A DNA stretch of 64,000 nucleotides from Trueperaceae bacterium. GTDB taxonomy: Bacteria > Deinococcota > Deinococci > Deinococcales > Trueperaceae. The notes under the pieces are model-generated. The model was not told the DNA's origin. It was given only the letters and a program-made list of their open reading frames with translations, and made no database searches. The position numbers and the translations under genes are program-made. Position 1 is the stretch's first letter. The number at the start of each line of letters is the position of its first letter. The DNA is taken from assembly GCA_034520945.1 (NCBI GenBank), contig JAXHNB010000008.1:1-64000 (forward strand), read 5' to 3'. Of the stretch, positions 28,672 to 40,070 are shown in pieces.

Positions 28672-29480
28672 CGAATCGCCTCGCGCACCTTGGCGGAGAC
28701 CCACTCCGCGCCGATCACCAGCACCACGATCATGATGAAGATGACGGTGACCTGGTCCCAGGCCAGCCGCCCGATGCTGGCGTCGAGCTGAATCCCGATG
28801 CCGCCCGCGCCGACCAGGCCGACGACGGTGGACTCGCGAATGTTGATGTCCCAGCGGTACACGCTGATGCCGGCGAAGGCGGGCGCGACCTGGGGCACGA
28901 TGCCGTACGACACCACCTGACCGTTGGACGCGCCGGTCGATGCGAGCGCCTCCAGGGGCCGCGGATTGGTCTCTTCGATCGCTTCGAAGAGCAGCTTGCT
29001 GCAGAACCCGACGGAGCGCAGGCCGATCGCGATGATGCCGGCCAGGACGCCCGGCCCGATGACGGAGACCAGCAGCAACGCCCAGATCAGCGAGTTCACC
29101 GAGCGGGAGAACACGATCACGAACAACGCCACCGCGCGGAACGCGGGGTGCGGCGTGGTGTTGCGCGCGGCGAGGAACGCGACGGGCACGCTCAGGAACA
29201 ACGCGATCACCGTGCCCAGCGTGGCGATGTTGATGGTGTCCCACAGCGGGCGCCATAGCGCCTCGGCGTACGCCCAGCGTGGGGGGAACATGCGCCCCAC
29301 CAGGTCCGCGGCCTGCGCCGGCGCGTCGGTGACGAAGAACCAGGTGGTCTGCCCGGAGATGTAGCGGAAGCACACGAAGAACACGAACGCGCCCGCGATC
29401 CAACCCAGCCAGGCCAACATCGCCTGGCGCGAGGTGCGCTTGCGCCAATCGAGCCGCTCGCCGCGCGTGATCACCGGCAC
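28668..29480 (-). CDS. phnE: Phosphonate ABC permease
   Basis: YRWDINIRESTVVGLVGAGGIG. Confidence 0.9.
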   Translation of the reverse strand: MPVITRGERLDWRKRTSRQAMLAWLGWIAGAFVFFVCFRYISGQTTWFFVTDAPAQAADLVGRMFPPRWAYAEALWRPLWDTINIATLGTVIALFLSVPVAFLAARNTTPHPAFRAVALFVIVFSRSVNSLIWALLLVSVIGPGVLAGIIAIGLRSVGFCSKLLFEAIEETNPRPLEALASTGASNGQVVSYGIVPQVAPAFAGISVYRWDINIRESTVVGLVGAGGIGIQLDASIGRLAWDQVTVIFIMIVVLVIGAEWVSAKVREAIR

Positions 29481-29481
29481 G

Positions 29482-30294
29482 TCACTGCACCCGCTTTCGG
29501 ATCAGTCCCGAGGCGTACTCGGTGATCAGCACCAGGACGACGATGACCAGGATGATGGCGGCGGTGGTGCCGTACTCGTAGCGGGCGACGGAGGTGTTCA
29601 GCGCCCCTCCGATCCCGCCCGCGCCGACGATGCCGATCACGGACGACTCGCGGAAGTTGATGTCCAGGCGGTACACGGAGAGGCCGACGAAGCGCGGCAT
29701 GATCTGCGGCACGATCGCAAAGCTCATCTGCTGGAGCCAGCCCGCCCCCGAGGCGCGCATCGCTTCGAGCTGCTGCGGGTCGGTGTCCTCGATGTCCTCC
29801 GCGAGGAGCTTCCCGAGGAAGCCGATGGTGGCGAACGCCAGCGTCAGCACGCCGGCGAACGGGCCGAAGCCCACCATCACCACGAACACGATGGCGATCA
29901 CGATCTCCTGGAACGAGCGCGAGATGGAGATGAACGCGCGGCACGCCAGGTACACCGGCAGCGGCGCCACGTTCCGGGCCGCGCCGAACGCGAACGGCAC
30001 GCTCAGCATGATGCCGAAGATCGTCGCGGCGACGGTCATGGCGATGCTCTCCAGGATGCCTTCCTGAATGAACGTCCAGCGGGAGACGAAGTCCGGCTGC
30101 AGAAATCCGACGAGGAGCGTCTGGACCCGGTCCAGGCCGCGCACCATGCGGAGGACGTCGACCTCCACCGTGCCGGCTGCGGCGATGGCGTAGGCCACGG
30201 CGACGGCGTACAAAAAATAGCGAAGCCAGCGACGCGGCACCAGCGGTGGGGGCCGCCAGATGCCGTGGGCGGGGTCGTTGCGGGCGGTGCTCAT
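29482..30294 (-). CDS. phnE: Phosphonate ABC permease
   Basis: [22 protein letters not shown]. Confidence 0.9.
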   Translation of the reverse strand: MSTARNDPAHGIWRPPPLVPRRWLRYFLYAVAVAYAIAAAGTVEVDVLRMVRGLDRVQTLLVGFLQPDFVSRWTFIQEGILESIAMTVAATIFGIMLSVPFAFGAARNVAPLPVYLACRAFISISRSFQEIVIAIVFVVMVGFGPFAGVLTLAFATIGFLGKLLAEDIEDTDPQQLEAMRASGAGWLQQMSFAIVPQIMPRFVGLSVYRLDINFRESSVIGIVGAGGIGGALNTSVARYEYGTTAAIILVIVVLVLITEYASGLIRKRVQ

Positions 30295-31136
30295 GGCGTC
30301 CCCTGCGTGCCCGGTGGCGTCCCGGCGGGGAGTCCTTCGTCCTGCGCCTCGGCCTCGTGCTCGTCGGTGTGCTCGGCGCCGCGGGCGGGGGCCGTCCAGT
30401 CCTCCTCGCCGTAGATCTCGGTCAGCACGGACTCGTCCAGTGCCTCGGGCGGGCCGTCGAACACGATCAGGCCCTCACGGAGGCCGACGATGCGCCGCAC
30501 GAACTGGGTGGCGAGGGCGACGTCGTGAATGTTGATGATGGCGGCCAGGTCGTGTTCGGCGGCCAACTCCAGCAGCAACCGCATCACCTGCCGCGACGTC
30601 TTGGGGTCGAGGCTGGCGGTGGGTTCGTCGATGAGCAGCATGTCGGGTCGCTGCAGCAGCGCGCGGGCGATGCCGACGCGCTGGCGTTGCCCGCCCGAGA
30701 GTTGATCGGCGCGCTTGTCGAGCTGCTCCTCGATCCCCACGCGCTGCAGCAGTTCGAAGGCGTGCGCGACCGTCTCGCGCGGGAAGCGCCGGAACCACGA
30801 GCGCCAGAATCCGATGCTGCCCAGCTGACCCGACAGCACGTTCTCCATCACCGTGAGGCGATCGACCAGGGCGTGCTCCTGAAAGATCATGCCGATGCGC
30901 CGGCGAGCGCGGCGCAGCTGGCTCTTGGAGAGGTTGGTGAGTTCCAGTTCACCCAGGCGGATGGTGCCTTGCGTCGGCTCGACCAGGCGGTTCACGCAGC
31001 GGATGAGGGTGCTCTTGCCGGAGCCCGAGGGGCCGATGAGGGCCATGACCTGGCCCGAGGGCACGTGCAGGTCGATCCCTCGCAGGGCGGTCTCGCCGCG
31101 GCCGTAGCGTTTGACGAGTCCTTCGATCTCGAGGAT
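30291..31136 (-). CDS. phnC: Phosphonate ABC ATP-binding protein, apparent ATC start
   Basis: [31 protein letters not shown]; frame extends to ATC, 6 nt after GGGAGG. Confidence 0.9.
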   Translation of the reverse strand: MLEIEGLVKRYGRGETALRGIDLHVPSGQVMALIGPSGSGKSTLIRCVNRLVEPTQGTIRLGELELTNLSKSQLRRARRRIGMIFQEHALVDRLTVMENVLSGQLGSIGFWRSWFRRFPRETVAHAFELLQRVGIEEQLDKRADQLSGGQRQRVGIARALLQRPDMLLIDEPTASLDPKTSRQVMRLLLELAAEHDLAAIINIHDVALATQFVRRIVGLREGLIVFDGPPEALDESVLTEIYGEEDWTAPARGAEHTDEHEAEAQDEGLPAGTPPGTQGTP

Positions 31137-31282
31137 GGCGTTCCTCCCGTCCTGAGGGGCGCCGGGTGCGCGCGCGGACCCGGCGCCGATCGAATCGAAG
31201 CGCGATCAGCGCGCCGCGTCTGGAACCTCGATGAGCGCCTGGAACGAGGCGCGGACGGGGCGGCCGGCGCGGCGCGGCGCGG

Positions 31283-32248
31283 TCACTCCTCCAGGGCGGC
31301 GGAGGCGGCGGCGATGCGGCGCAGCACGTCCCAGTCGTCGGCGTAGGAGATCTCGATGAACGTGTCCACGTCGTCGAACTCCTCGTCGAGCGCGGTGCCG
31401 GTCCAGTCGAAGGACAGGAACGCCTCGCGCACCTGCTCCATCAACTCGGGTTCGAGGCTGTGCACCGCGCCGTAGCCGGTGCTGGGGAAGGTCTGCGAGG
31501 TGTAGATGATCTCGATGTCGTCGTCGGACAGCACGTCGCGGTCGATCATCCGGTCCATCACGCTGCTGGCGATGGCGGCCGACTCGTAGTCCTGGTTGGC
31601 GACGCCGAGGATGCTGTTGTCGTGCCCACCGGAGAAGGTGGTTGCGTAGCCTTCGTCGGGCAGCAGGCCGAGTTCGTCGTACAGAAGCGCCGTGGGGGCC
31701 TTGTAGCCCGAGTTCGAGGTCGGCGACACCAGCGCTACCTGGCGTCCTTCGAGGTCTTCGAGGCTCTGGATGTCGCTGCCGGCGGGCACGATGATCTCCA
31801 TCTCGTAGCCGAAGCTGCCGTCATCGGCGGCCATCATCGCCATGGGGTGGAAGCCTGCGCTGTTGACGGCGTCCTGCACCGCGCCGGCGGAGAAGCCGCT
31901 GACGTGAAGACGCCCGGCGCGCATCGCTTCGATCTGGGCGGCGTAGCTGCGGACGGGGAAGTACTGCACGGAGCGGCCGGTCCGTTCGGAGAGGTAGTCC
32001 ATGAACTCGCCGAAGGCGTCCTGGTAGACGGCGGGATCCTCGGTGGGGGCGTAGGTGAAGATCAGCGTGCTGGGATCCAGGAAGTCGCTCTCGTCCGTGG
32101 GCGGGTCGGCCAGCATGTCGCCGTCGCGGTCGCAGTAGCGTTCGTCCAGTTCGCCGCGCGGGCAGTCCTCCTGGGCGAAGGCGGTGGCGGTGAGGCCGAG
32201 GAGCGCCAGGAGCGCGAGGCCGCGCAGCAGGGTTCGAAGTGGGGTCAT
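31283..32248 (-). CDS. phnD: Phosphate/phosphonate ABC substrate-binding protein
   Basis: Signal peptide; SYAAQIEAM, SPTSNSG, GGHD. Confidence 0.9.
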   Translation of the reverse strand: MTPLRTLLRGLALLALLGLTATAFAQEDCPRGELDERYCDRDGDMLADPPTDESDFLDPSTLIFTYAPTEDPAVYQDAFGEFMDYLSERTGRSVQYFPVRSYAAQIEAMRAGRLHVSGFSAGAVQDAVNSAGFHPMAMMAADDGSFGYEMEIIVPAGSDIQSLEDLEGRQVALVSPTSNSGYKAPTALLYDELGLLPDEGYATTFSGGHDNSILGVANQDYESAAIASSVMDRMIDRDVLSDDDIEIIYTSQTFPSTGYGAVHSLEPELMEQVREAFLSFDWTGTALDEEFDDVDTFIEISYADDWDVLRRIAAASAALEE

Positions 32249-32347
32249 GGGTTCATCCTTTCGCGAGGAGCGATATCGGTGCGTGCGGGGTCGGAGGCGG
32301 GGCGTGGCGGGGCGGCGCGCGTGCGGTGTGGCCTGGGTGGGGGTCCG

Positions 32348-33085
32348 TCATCCCGACATGGCGGGCTCCGTTCGGTGGATGGTGAGGGCCAGGTAGTAGC
32401 GGTCGCCCCGGTAGGTGGTCCGGGTCGCGCCCAGCAGGCGGCTGTCGCTCAGGTAGGTCACCCGCGTGGTGCGTAGCAGGGGGGCGCCGGGCGGCAGCGT
32501 GAGCAGGCTCGCGGTCTCGGCGTCGGCGGCGACGGCCTCGATGGCCGTCTCGGCGGTGGCGATGCCCACGCCGAGCGTGGCTTCGGCGCCGCGGTAGAAC
32601 GAGCCGGTGAAGTCGAGATGGGTGAGCGCCTCGACGAACGGGGGCGCCACCAGCACGGCGTTGATGCCGATGGGATCCTCGCCGTGGAAGCGCAGGCGCC
32701 GTACGCGCAGGACGCGGTCGGTCTCGGAGATGCCGAGGAGGGCGGCGTCCTCCGGACCGGCCGCGTCGACGGCGTGGCTCAGCACGCGCGTGGCGGGCGC
32801 CAGGCCGCGGGCGGCCGCGTCCTCGTGGAAGCTCTGCAGGCGCCCCGTGGCGCGCTCGACCTTGGTGTTCGCGACGAAGCTGCCGGCCCCCTGGCGGCGG
32901 ACCACCAGGCCCGCGTCGGCCAGGCGCTCCACGGCCTGTCGCGCCGTCATGCGGGACACGCCGTACTGGCGGTGCAGCTCGTCCTCGCTGGGCAGGCGCG
33001 CCCCCAGCGGCAAGGCGCCGGTGCCGATGGCACGACGAAGGTCGCGTTCGATACGGGCGTACATGGGGCCGTCCTCGCCGTCCAT
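32348..33085 (-). CDS. GntR/HutC-subfamily (PhnF-like) regulator with UTRA domain
   Basis: LPSEDEL..YGVSRMTARQA..QGAGSFV; YRGDRY. Confidence 0.9.
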   Translation of the reverse strand: MDGEDGPMYARIERDLRRAIGTGALPLGARLPSEDELHRQYGVSRMTARQAVERLADAGLVVRRQGAGSFVANTKVERATGRLQSFHEDAAARGLAPATRVLSHAVDAAGPEDAALLGISETDRVLRVRRLRFHGEDPIGINAVLVAPPFVEALTHLDFTGSFYRGAEATLGVGIATAETAIEAVAADAETASLLTLPPGAPLLRTTRVTYLSDSRLLGATRTTYRGDRYYLALTIHRTEPAMSG

Positions 33086-33108
33086 TTCCCCTCCGAGCCT
33101 CGCTGAGC

Positions 33109-33120
33109 TTGTATAGACGA
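33109..33120. promoter_or_regulatory. Putative HutC/PhnF-type operator TTGTATAGACGA
   Basis: Matches GTnTAnAC consensus, ~25 bp upstream of the GntR start. Confidence 0.55.
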
Positions 33121-33242
33121 CTCTACACGGCGGGGGTGCCGGGCGCAAGGGGGCTACGCGAGGCGGCCATGGGAGCACCCCCGGCCGGGGCCGGGGGTGG
33201 CGCGTCGCCTACGGTCCGACCCGTCGCTGGGTCGGGGACTTG

Positions 33243-33454
33243 TCAGGTCGGGCGCACGGGCGGGCGGGCTTCCAGGCGTTCCGCCAGCGCGCGCAGGAGC
33301 ATCGCGATTCGCGAGCGGAGCCCCAGGCGTGCCGCGTGGTTTTGCGCGTTGAGCTGGCGCGGGCTGCCGCCAGTGCGTCGTGGGTGGCGGCCTCGCGCTG
33401 CAGGCGCTCCATACGGTAGCGCGAGGCGCGCAGGAGTTCGTCAGGTTGGATCAT
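33243..33454 (-). CDS. Small hypothetical protein, probably frameshifted
   Basis: RBS AAGGAGG; MIQPDELL..ERLQREAA continues in another frame as LRSRIAMLLRALAERLE. Confidence 0.5.
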
Positions 33455-33535
33455 GGGATCGATTCCTCCTTGGCACGTTCGACGAGTCCGCGCTGCGTTC
33501 GTGACCGCTGCGGCGTGGCACGGACTGTCGTGGCG

Positions 33536-35818
33536 TCAACAGGGCGGGTAGGCGACGTACACGCCGATTTCGTCCTGCCCTACCTCGCCGTTCGGGTCGG
33601 TGACCTCCAGGCGCAGGTCGACCTGCGTGCCTCCGCAGGTGAACGGCACGTGGTCGGAGGGCGTCCAGGCGAGGGTGGCGCCGGTGCCGATGGCGTGGTC
33701 GCTGCCGCCGAAGGTGGTGACGTACCAGGCGTACGACAGCGGCGTGCCGCCGTCGGGATCGGTCGCGGTGCCCTCCAGCGCGTGGCTCGTTTCGGCGTCG
33801 AGGCCGGCGCCGTCGTTGGGTTGGAGGATGGTCACGCTGAGGCGGACCCGTGGGCGGAGGATCGACCACCTGCACGTCGACGGTGGCGGTGCCGGTGAGG
33901 CCGTGCTCGTCGCTGACCGTGACGGTGAGCGTGCGCGGCCCGTTGCTGGTGAACGTCGCCTGCGGGGCGCAGCCCTGCAGAACCGGGTCGCTTGCGCTGC
34001 TGCTCCATTCGGTCGCGCTGCACAGGTCGGCGAGGGGTTCGTTGACGTCGTTCACGTCGGCGCCCAGCACGTAGGGCGTGTCGCGGTATAGGGTCGCGTT
34101 CGCCTCGGGGGCGACGACGGTGACGGTCGGTGCGACGTTCTCGGCGGTCACGGTGATGCTGTCGCTGGCGGTGGCGCCCTGCGTGTCCTGGGCTTGGGCG
34201 GTGATCAGGTGCGTGCCGGGCGAGAGGGCCAGGTTGGTCTGCGTGCCGGTCCCGAGGAACCCGTCGATATCCGAGGTCCAGCGGACGCCGCAGCAGGCGC
34301 CGCCGTCTTCGGGGTCGCTGACGACGGCTTCGAACGGTTCGCCGAGGCCTCCGTACCAGAAGTCGGCACCGTCGGCCGGCGCCACGATCTGTATGGTCGG
34401 CGCGGCGTTGTCGCCGAGGTTGCGAACCCACTGGCCGTGCCCAGGCACGCCGCGGTCCACGTGATACCAGGTCTGTCCCTGATCGTCGGAGGTTTCGTAG
34501 TCGCGGAACGCGACGGGGATGGTCACGGTCTCGCTGCGCACGCCGAAGTGGAGGTGGCAGTTGTCGGTCTGCCGCGTGCCGACCTTGGCCACCAGCTGAC
34601 CCGAGGCGACGGGGTCACCTGCGGCGAGCCCCTCGTCGCTGCTGGAACCGTCGCGGATGTGCAGGTAGCTGACGTGCTCTTCAGGCGCGGCCTGGAAGCG
34701 CACGGCGTTGGCGCGGTCCTTCTCGGTCGGGTCGTAATTGTCATCGTCCACGCTGGTCACGGCGCCGGACGCGATCGCGAGGAGGGGTTGGTCGCAGCTG
34801 CTCGGCTCCGCGGATTCGAGATGCGAGTCGCCCGAGCTAGTGGCCAAGCGCACGTCCCAGGTGAACGCGGCGTAGCCGAAGTGGGAGTTGAGCGTCTCGT
34901 TGCCGAACCAGATCTCCCACGCCTGACCCGGCTGGAAGGGAAGCGTGTAGGTGCTGCGGTGAAAGGGGGGCAAGAGGAAGGCGGCGTCGGTCGCGGCGTC
35001 GCGCGCCTGCGAGGCCGGGACCTTCTGGGCGGGCAGGTGTGCGCCGACGCCTTCGTAGGTGACGCCGTCGTCCGCCGGGGTGTGAAAGGTGACGGGCCGC
35101 GCGAAGGCGGGCGGCAGGTCGGTTCCGCTCGGCGTGGCGCTGTCGAAGGTCCAGGCGGCCGCGAGGTTCCAGGGGCTCCCCAGCAAGGTCGGGCTGAGCC
35201 GAAGATGATCGTTCCTCGAGCGCGTCGATCTCGCCGCCAGCCAGCGCACGGTCGAACAACGCGACGTCGTCGACCAGCCCGTAGAACTGGGGTATGCGCT
35301 CGCCCCCGTCGAACGCGAAGCTCTTGCCGCCGCTGCGTCGCGCCAGCCGCAGCGTCGCGTCACCGGCCGGCAGGTTCGGGTCGCCCGGCGACACCTGCAC
35401 GGCGGGGGCGAGCGGTTGCCCGTCCAGGTACGCCTGGAAGATGTTCCCGCTCCGGGCCACCGCCAGGTGATGCCACGTCTCCGCGGTCATGTCGACCACG
35501 TAGCTTCGTCGTTCGCTGCCGACGGCCAGGACCAGGCGGGGGTCGGTCTTGGTGTGCGACTCCTGGCCCACGAAGAATGTCCCACCACCGTTCTCGGCCA
35601 GGATCGGCCCGGCGTAGGCTCTGGGGTGCTGGGGCATGAAGCGGGCCACCAGCGTGTGATCGCTGGCGAAGAACTCCGAGAAGGTCAGATAGGTGTCGGC
35701 ATGCCCGCCCCAGCCGAAAGCGGCGGCGAAGTTCAGGGTCGAGCCCCCTCGGCGGCGTGGTGCACGCGGCGAGGAACAGCGCGAGCGGCAGGAGCGATCG
35801 GACGGCGATTCGGTACAT
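33536..35818 (-). pseudogene. Lipoprotein with LamG, M23 peptidase and three Ig-like domains; at least 3 frameshifts (may be assembly errors)
   Basis: LAAC lipobox; WHHLAV..YLDG..FYGLVDDVALF; YLH..GQLVAKVG..HLHFGV; three PxVxIxxP..W.S/Y Ig repeats across four ORF fragments. Confidence 0.75.
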
Positions 35819-35872
35819 GCATCCCTCCATCTCCACGCTGCGAACGTGGTGGTATGCACGGTAGGGGGTGGG

Positions 35873-35936
35873 CGTGTCGCCTACGTGTCGCCTACGTGTC
35901 GCCGCGCGTGTCGCGAACCGTGTCGTGGACGTGGCG
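35873..35936. promoter_or_regulatory. Array of six CGTGTCG heptamers, putative SARP/BTAD binding sites
   Basis: Starts at 35873, 35884, 35895, 35907, 35919, 35930 (last is CGTGGCG); period 11-12 bp. Confidence 0.7.
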
Positions 35937-35981
35937 CGCCCCAGTCCCGTTGGACGACGCACGTCCGGCCTACAATGAGTC

Positions 35982-38770
35982 GTGTCGACGCAGGGTCCGT
36001 ACGTGGAGTTGTTCGGTCGCGGCACGGTGCATGCGGGAGAGGGTGGGCTGGCGTTCGCTTCGGACAAGCGCTGGTACCTGCTGGCGTTTCTGGCGCACGC
36101 CGGCGCCTGGGTGTCCCGCGAGCGCCTGGCCGCCCTGTTCTGGCCCGACGTGCCGACGACGGCGTCGCGCGACCGTCTCCGTCAGTTGCTGCGGCGCGTG
36201 CGGGGTTTCACGTGGCTGAGCGGGCTTCAGGTCGAACGCGCCCGCGTGCGCTGGGCCGTCGACACGGACCTCGGCGCGTTCCGTGCGGCGCTCGACGAAG
36301 GAGACGGGGCGCAGGCGCTGGAGGCGTACCAGGGACCATTGCTGGAGGGCATGACCGCCGACGACGCCCCCGAGTTCGCCGCCTGGCTCGAGCTCGAACG
36401 CGCCACGCTGCACAACCGTTGGCGGGCCCTATTGTTGGAGGAGGCCGGGCAGGCGACGACGGACACGTCCCGTGCGAAGGCGATTCCGCGCCTGGCGACG
36501 CTGCTTCGGGCCGACCCGTTGGACGAAGAGGCGCTGCGCGCCTACATGACGGTCCTGGCTGGTGCCGGGCAGCGGCCGCGGGCCCTCGACGCCTACCAGG
36601 GGTTCGCCCAGCACCTGGGGGAGGAGCTCGGCCTGGAGCCTGCGCTGGCCACGCAACGCCTGTCCGCGTCGATGCGAGAGGCGGCGTCGGCCCCGGCGTC
36701 GTCGCGCCGGGACGATCCCGAGGGCGCGCACGCAGTCGCGGCGGCGGTGGCGCCGACGAACGCCTTCGTCGGCCGAGACGTCGAACTGCTCGAGGTGATG
36801 GCGATGCTGTCCAGCCCGGGCTGCCGCATGCTCTCCCTCGTTGGCCTCGGCGGCGTAGGCAAGTCCCGGATCGCGTGGCAGGTCCACGACGCGTGGGAGG
36901 GGCGGGCGCACTTCGTCCGCCTCGACGGCCTTGCCGACTCGAGCGACATTCCTGCGGCGATCGCTGACACGCTCGGCTGCGCGACCGGTGGGACCGAAGA
37001 CCTTCTGGAGCGGATCGCAGGGCACATCGGCGACACGGGCATGCTGCTGGTGCTGGACGACTACGAGCACCTCACCGAGGGGGCGGGGCTCACCTCCGAG
37101 CTGCTCGGCCACTGTCCGGCCCTGTCGATCCTGGTGACGTCGCGGGAGCGCTTGGGCGTGCCCGAGGAGTGGATCTACGACGTGCCGGGCCTCAGCGTGC
37201 CGCCCGGCGATGTACCGCTGTCGCGGGCGCAGGGGTACGACGCGGTGCGCCTGTTCCTCACCCGCGTCGAGCAGGTACGGGACGGCTACGCGTTGACGGA
37301 GGCGGATCGTCCGCACGTGCTTCGCATCTGCCAGTTGGTGCAGGGGCTTCCGTTGGGCCTCGAACTGGCGGCGGCCTGGATGCGGAGTGCCACGGCCGAG
37401 GCGATCGCGGACGAGGTCGCCGCCAACCTCGACTTTCTGCAGCGACGCCACGCCTCGGACCGGCACCACAGCATCCGCGCCGTGTTCGAGAGCTCCTGGC
37501 GCATGTTGACGCACGAGGAGCAGCGCGCGTACGCGGCCTTGTCGGTGTTCCGCGGGGGATTCACGCGCGACGCCGCCAGCGCGGTGGCGCAGGCGTCGAC
37601 CCCGATTCTGGCCGCGTTGGTGGACAAGTCGCTGCTGCAACTGCAGGACGACGGGCGCTACCAGCGGCACCCGCTGCTGTACCAGTACGTGCGCGAGAAG
37701 CTGGCGCAGTACGAGGAAGAGTACACCGCCTGCAGGCGTCACGCCCGCTACTTCGTGGCGGTGGCAGAGGAGGCCGGCAGCAAGCTGCGCACGACGCGCG
37801 GCGTGGCCGACCTCGATGCGCTGGAGGCGGACCACGAGAACCTACGGGAGGCGCTGCGTTGGGGCGTGGCCCACGATCCCGCGCTGGCGCTCCGCTTGGC
37901 GGGGGCGCTGGGGCGGTTCTGGGAGATCCGGGGGCACCTGATCGAAGGCTGCGAGTGGCTCGAGGCCAGCCTGGGTCGCGCCCACGACGCGCCTTCCGAG
38001 GTCGAGGGGCGCGCGTTGGACGCGTACGGCCGCCTGCTGTACCTGCGCGGCGACCGCGAGGGCGCCGCCTCGCGGATTCAGGCGGCGCTGGAGCGTTGGC
38101 GGGAAGCGGACGATGAGGACGGCGTGTCCAGCGCGCTGAACCACCTGGGGGCCTTGGCGATGGAGGCTGGCGACTTGGCACGTGCGGAGGCGCTTGTACC
38201 AGGAGGCGCTGGCGTCGTGCCGCGCGCGCGGATGACCGGACCGGCGTCGCCTACGTGCTGAACAACCTGGGCGAGGTGGCCCGCCTGCAGTCCGACCACG
38301 CGCGGGCGGAAGGCCTGTACCGGGAGGGCCTCGCCCTGCACCGAACGCTGGGAAACCAGCGTGGGGCCGCCATCACGCTCGGCAATCTCGGGTTCGTGGC
38401 GCACCGGGAGGGGAAGGTGGAGGAGGCCGCCGCGCTGCTCTTGGAGAGCATCGCCCTGAAGCATCACCTCGGGGACGAGATCGGCCTGGCGTACTGCTTC
38501 GCGGGGTTGGCCGCCGTGCTCTGCGACGACGGCGCGTACGTGCTGGCCGCCCGCCTCCTCGGGACCGCGGAGGGCTTGATTCGAACCCACGCCGTCCAAC
38601 TCGATGCTGCCGATCGCACCGACCATGCGGCGTGCGTCGCCCGGTGCCGTACGAACCTCGGAGACGAAGCGTACGCGGCCGCGGCCGACGAGGGGCGCGC
38701 CATGGAGATCGACGCCGCGGTCGCGACCGCGCTGGCGTCGCGCGAGGACGTGCGGCGCCGGACGTCGTAA
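35982..38770 (+). CDS. BTAD/SARP-ATPase-TPR transcriptional regulator, frameshifted near 38195-38230
   Basis: SRERLAALFWPD wHTH, BTAD (DPLDEEA), FVGR, GLGGVGKS, LLVLDD, GLPLGLELAAAW, TPR repeats. Confidence 0.88.
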
Positions 38771-38819
38771 GCGTGAATGATGGCGGGGCATCAGGGGATT
38801 TCGGCGGGGGCATGCGAGG

Positions 38820-39278
38820 GTGACGGACGAGATGGGCACGCTCTACACCATCGGCTATCAGGGCGCGAGCCCGGAGGCGTTCGTCGATCGACTTCGCACC
38901 CAAGGCGTGACGCTGCTGGTCGACGTCCGCAACGCCGCGCGGAGCCGCAAGAAGGGCTTCTCGAAGCGCGCCCTAACCGCCGCGTTGCAGGACGCCGGCA
39001 TCGCCTACGAGCACTGGCGGCAGCTCGGTGCCCCGCCCGAGATGCGGCGGGCGTTGGCCGAGACGGGTGACCGGGCCGCGTCTCCCTCCGCGTACGCGGA
39101 GCGGTTGGAGGGCGGCTCGGTCTCCTCGTGGTCGAGACGCCACGCTACATCGGTCGTGTCGTCGCCGCGTTGGCGGCCGACCCCCGCACCATGGATCGCG
39201 ACGGGTACCGCTACCGCGACCTGGAAGCTCTACGGCCCGTACGGCTTCACCGACGTGGACGGTTCGACGCCCGACTAG
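38820..39278 (+). pseudogene. Truncated DUF488 protein joined to a C-terminal SDR remnant
   Basis: LYTIGYQG..LVDVR..SRKKGFSK, then ETPRYIGRVVAALAADP...YGFTDVDGSTPD. Confidence 0.6.
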
Positions 39279-39359
39279 GGCCGCCATGCCCGCGAGGCGC
39301 TGGGTCTGGAGCCGTGATCCGGTCCTCGTCCGCTGCGATCACGTGCGTGCACCCCGGCG

Positions 39360-40070
39360 TCACTGCCCCGTGAAGGCCAACACCGGCCGTCCGCCGATCT
39401 CGACCCAGCCGTCGACGGTGCGGCTGCAACTGCGTCAATGACCAACCGCCACGCCACAGTTCCGGTCGGGTCTCGATGTCGTCGCGCCATGCTTCGAAGA
39501 CCTGCCGCGCCTCGCGTTCCGTGCGGACGCGCGACAGGTCGGCCCGCACGACGCGGGCGGCCGGGCGTCCCTTCTCGGAGGCCGGCGCCCACGCCAGCAG
39601 GAACGGCCCGCGGTTCGCGATGTCCGAGGTTCCGCGTGTTCGCTTGCCGGATCGCCGAGAAGCCGCTCGGCAGGTGGTACGTCGCGCGTCGCGACGCGGC
39701 AGGCCGCGGCGGGGTCGCTACGATCACGAAGCTCTGCGGCGCGCCGGTCGCTGGCTACTGGCCAGACCGTGACCATGCGATCCTCGGCGGCGGCCGTCAT
39801 GGAGGTGTCGGGTCCGTCGGGCCGCGTCGCGAGGAACGCTTCGCACAGCATCTGGTAGCGCGCTCGGGTGTCGGGCTGGGCTCGTTGGGGAAAGGCGACG
39901 ATGGCGTAGGCGCCGAACTCGGGCGGCGGCGACACGTGCGGACCCACGAAGGTATGGAACGCCCGAAGCGTCCGCGCGGGCGTGGGTTCCGACGTGCTGG
40001 GCGCGCAGGCCGACACGAGCAGCGCCGTGGCCACCAGAACCATCGAACCTCGAACGTATCGGCTGATCAT
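39360..40070 (-). pseudogene. Hypothetical lipoprotein, frameshifted
   Basis: LVSAC lipobox; coding-like segments (GPFLLAWAP, WRDDIETRPELW) spread over several frames. Confidence 0.5.

Noticed and set aside
25459..29448. Long ORFs 25459-27363 and 27835-29448 as single proteins
   Set aside because: GC-rich shadow frames over the GGDEF-EAL and phnE genes; only their 3' parts look coding.
35873..35936. Heptamer array as mini-CRISPR or replication iterons
   Set aside because: Units are too short and there is no cas or rep gene. The location fits regulator binding.
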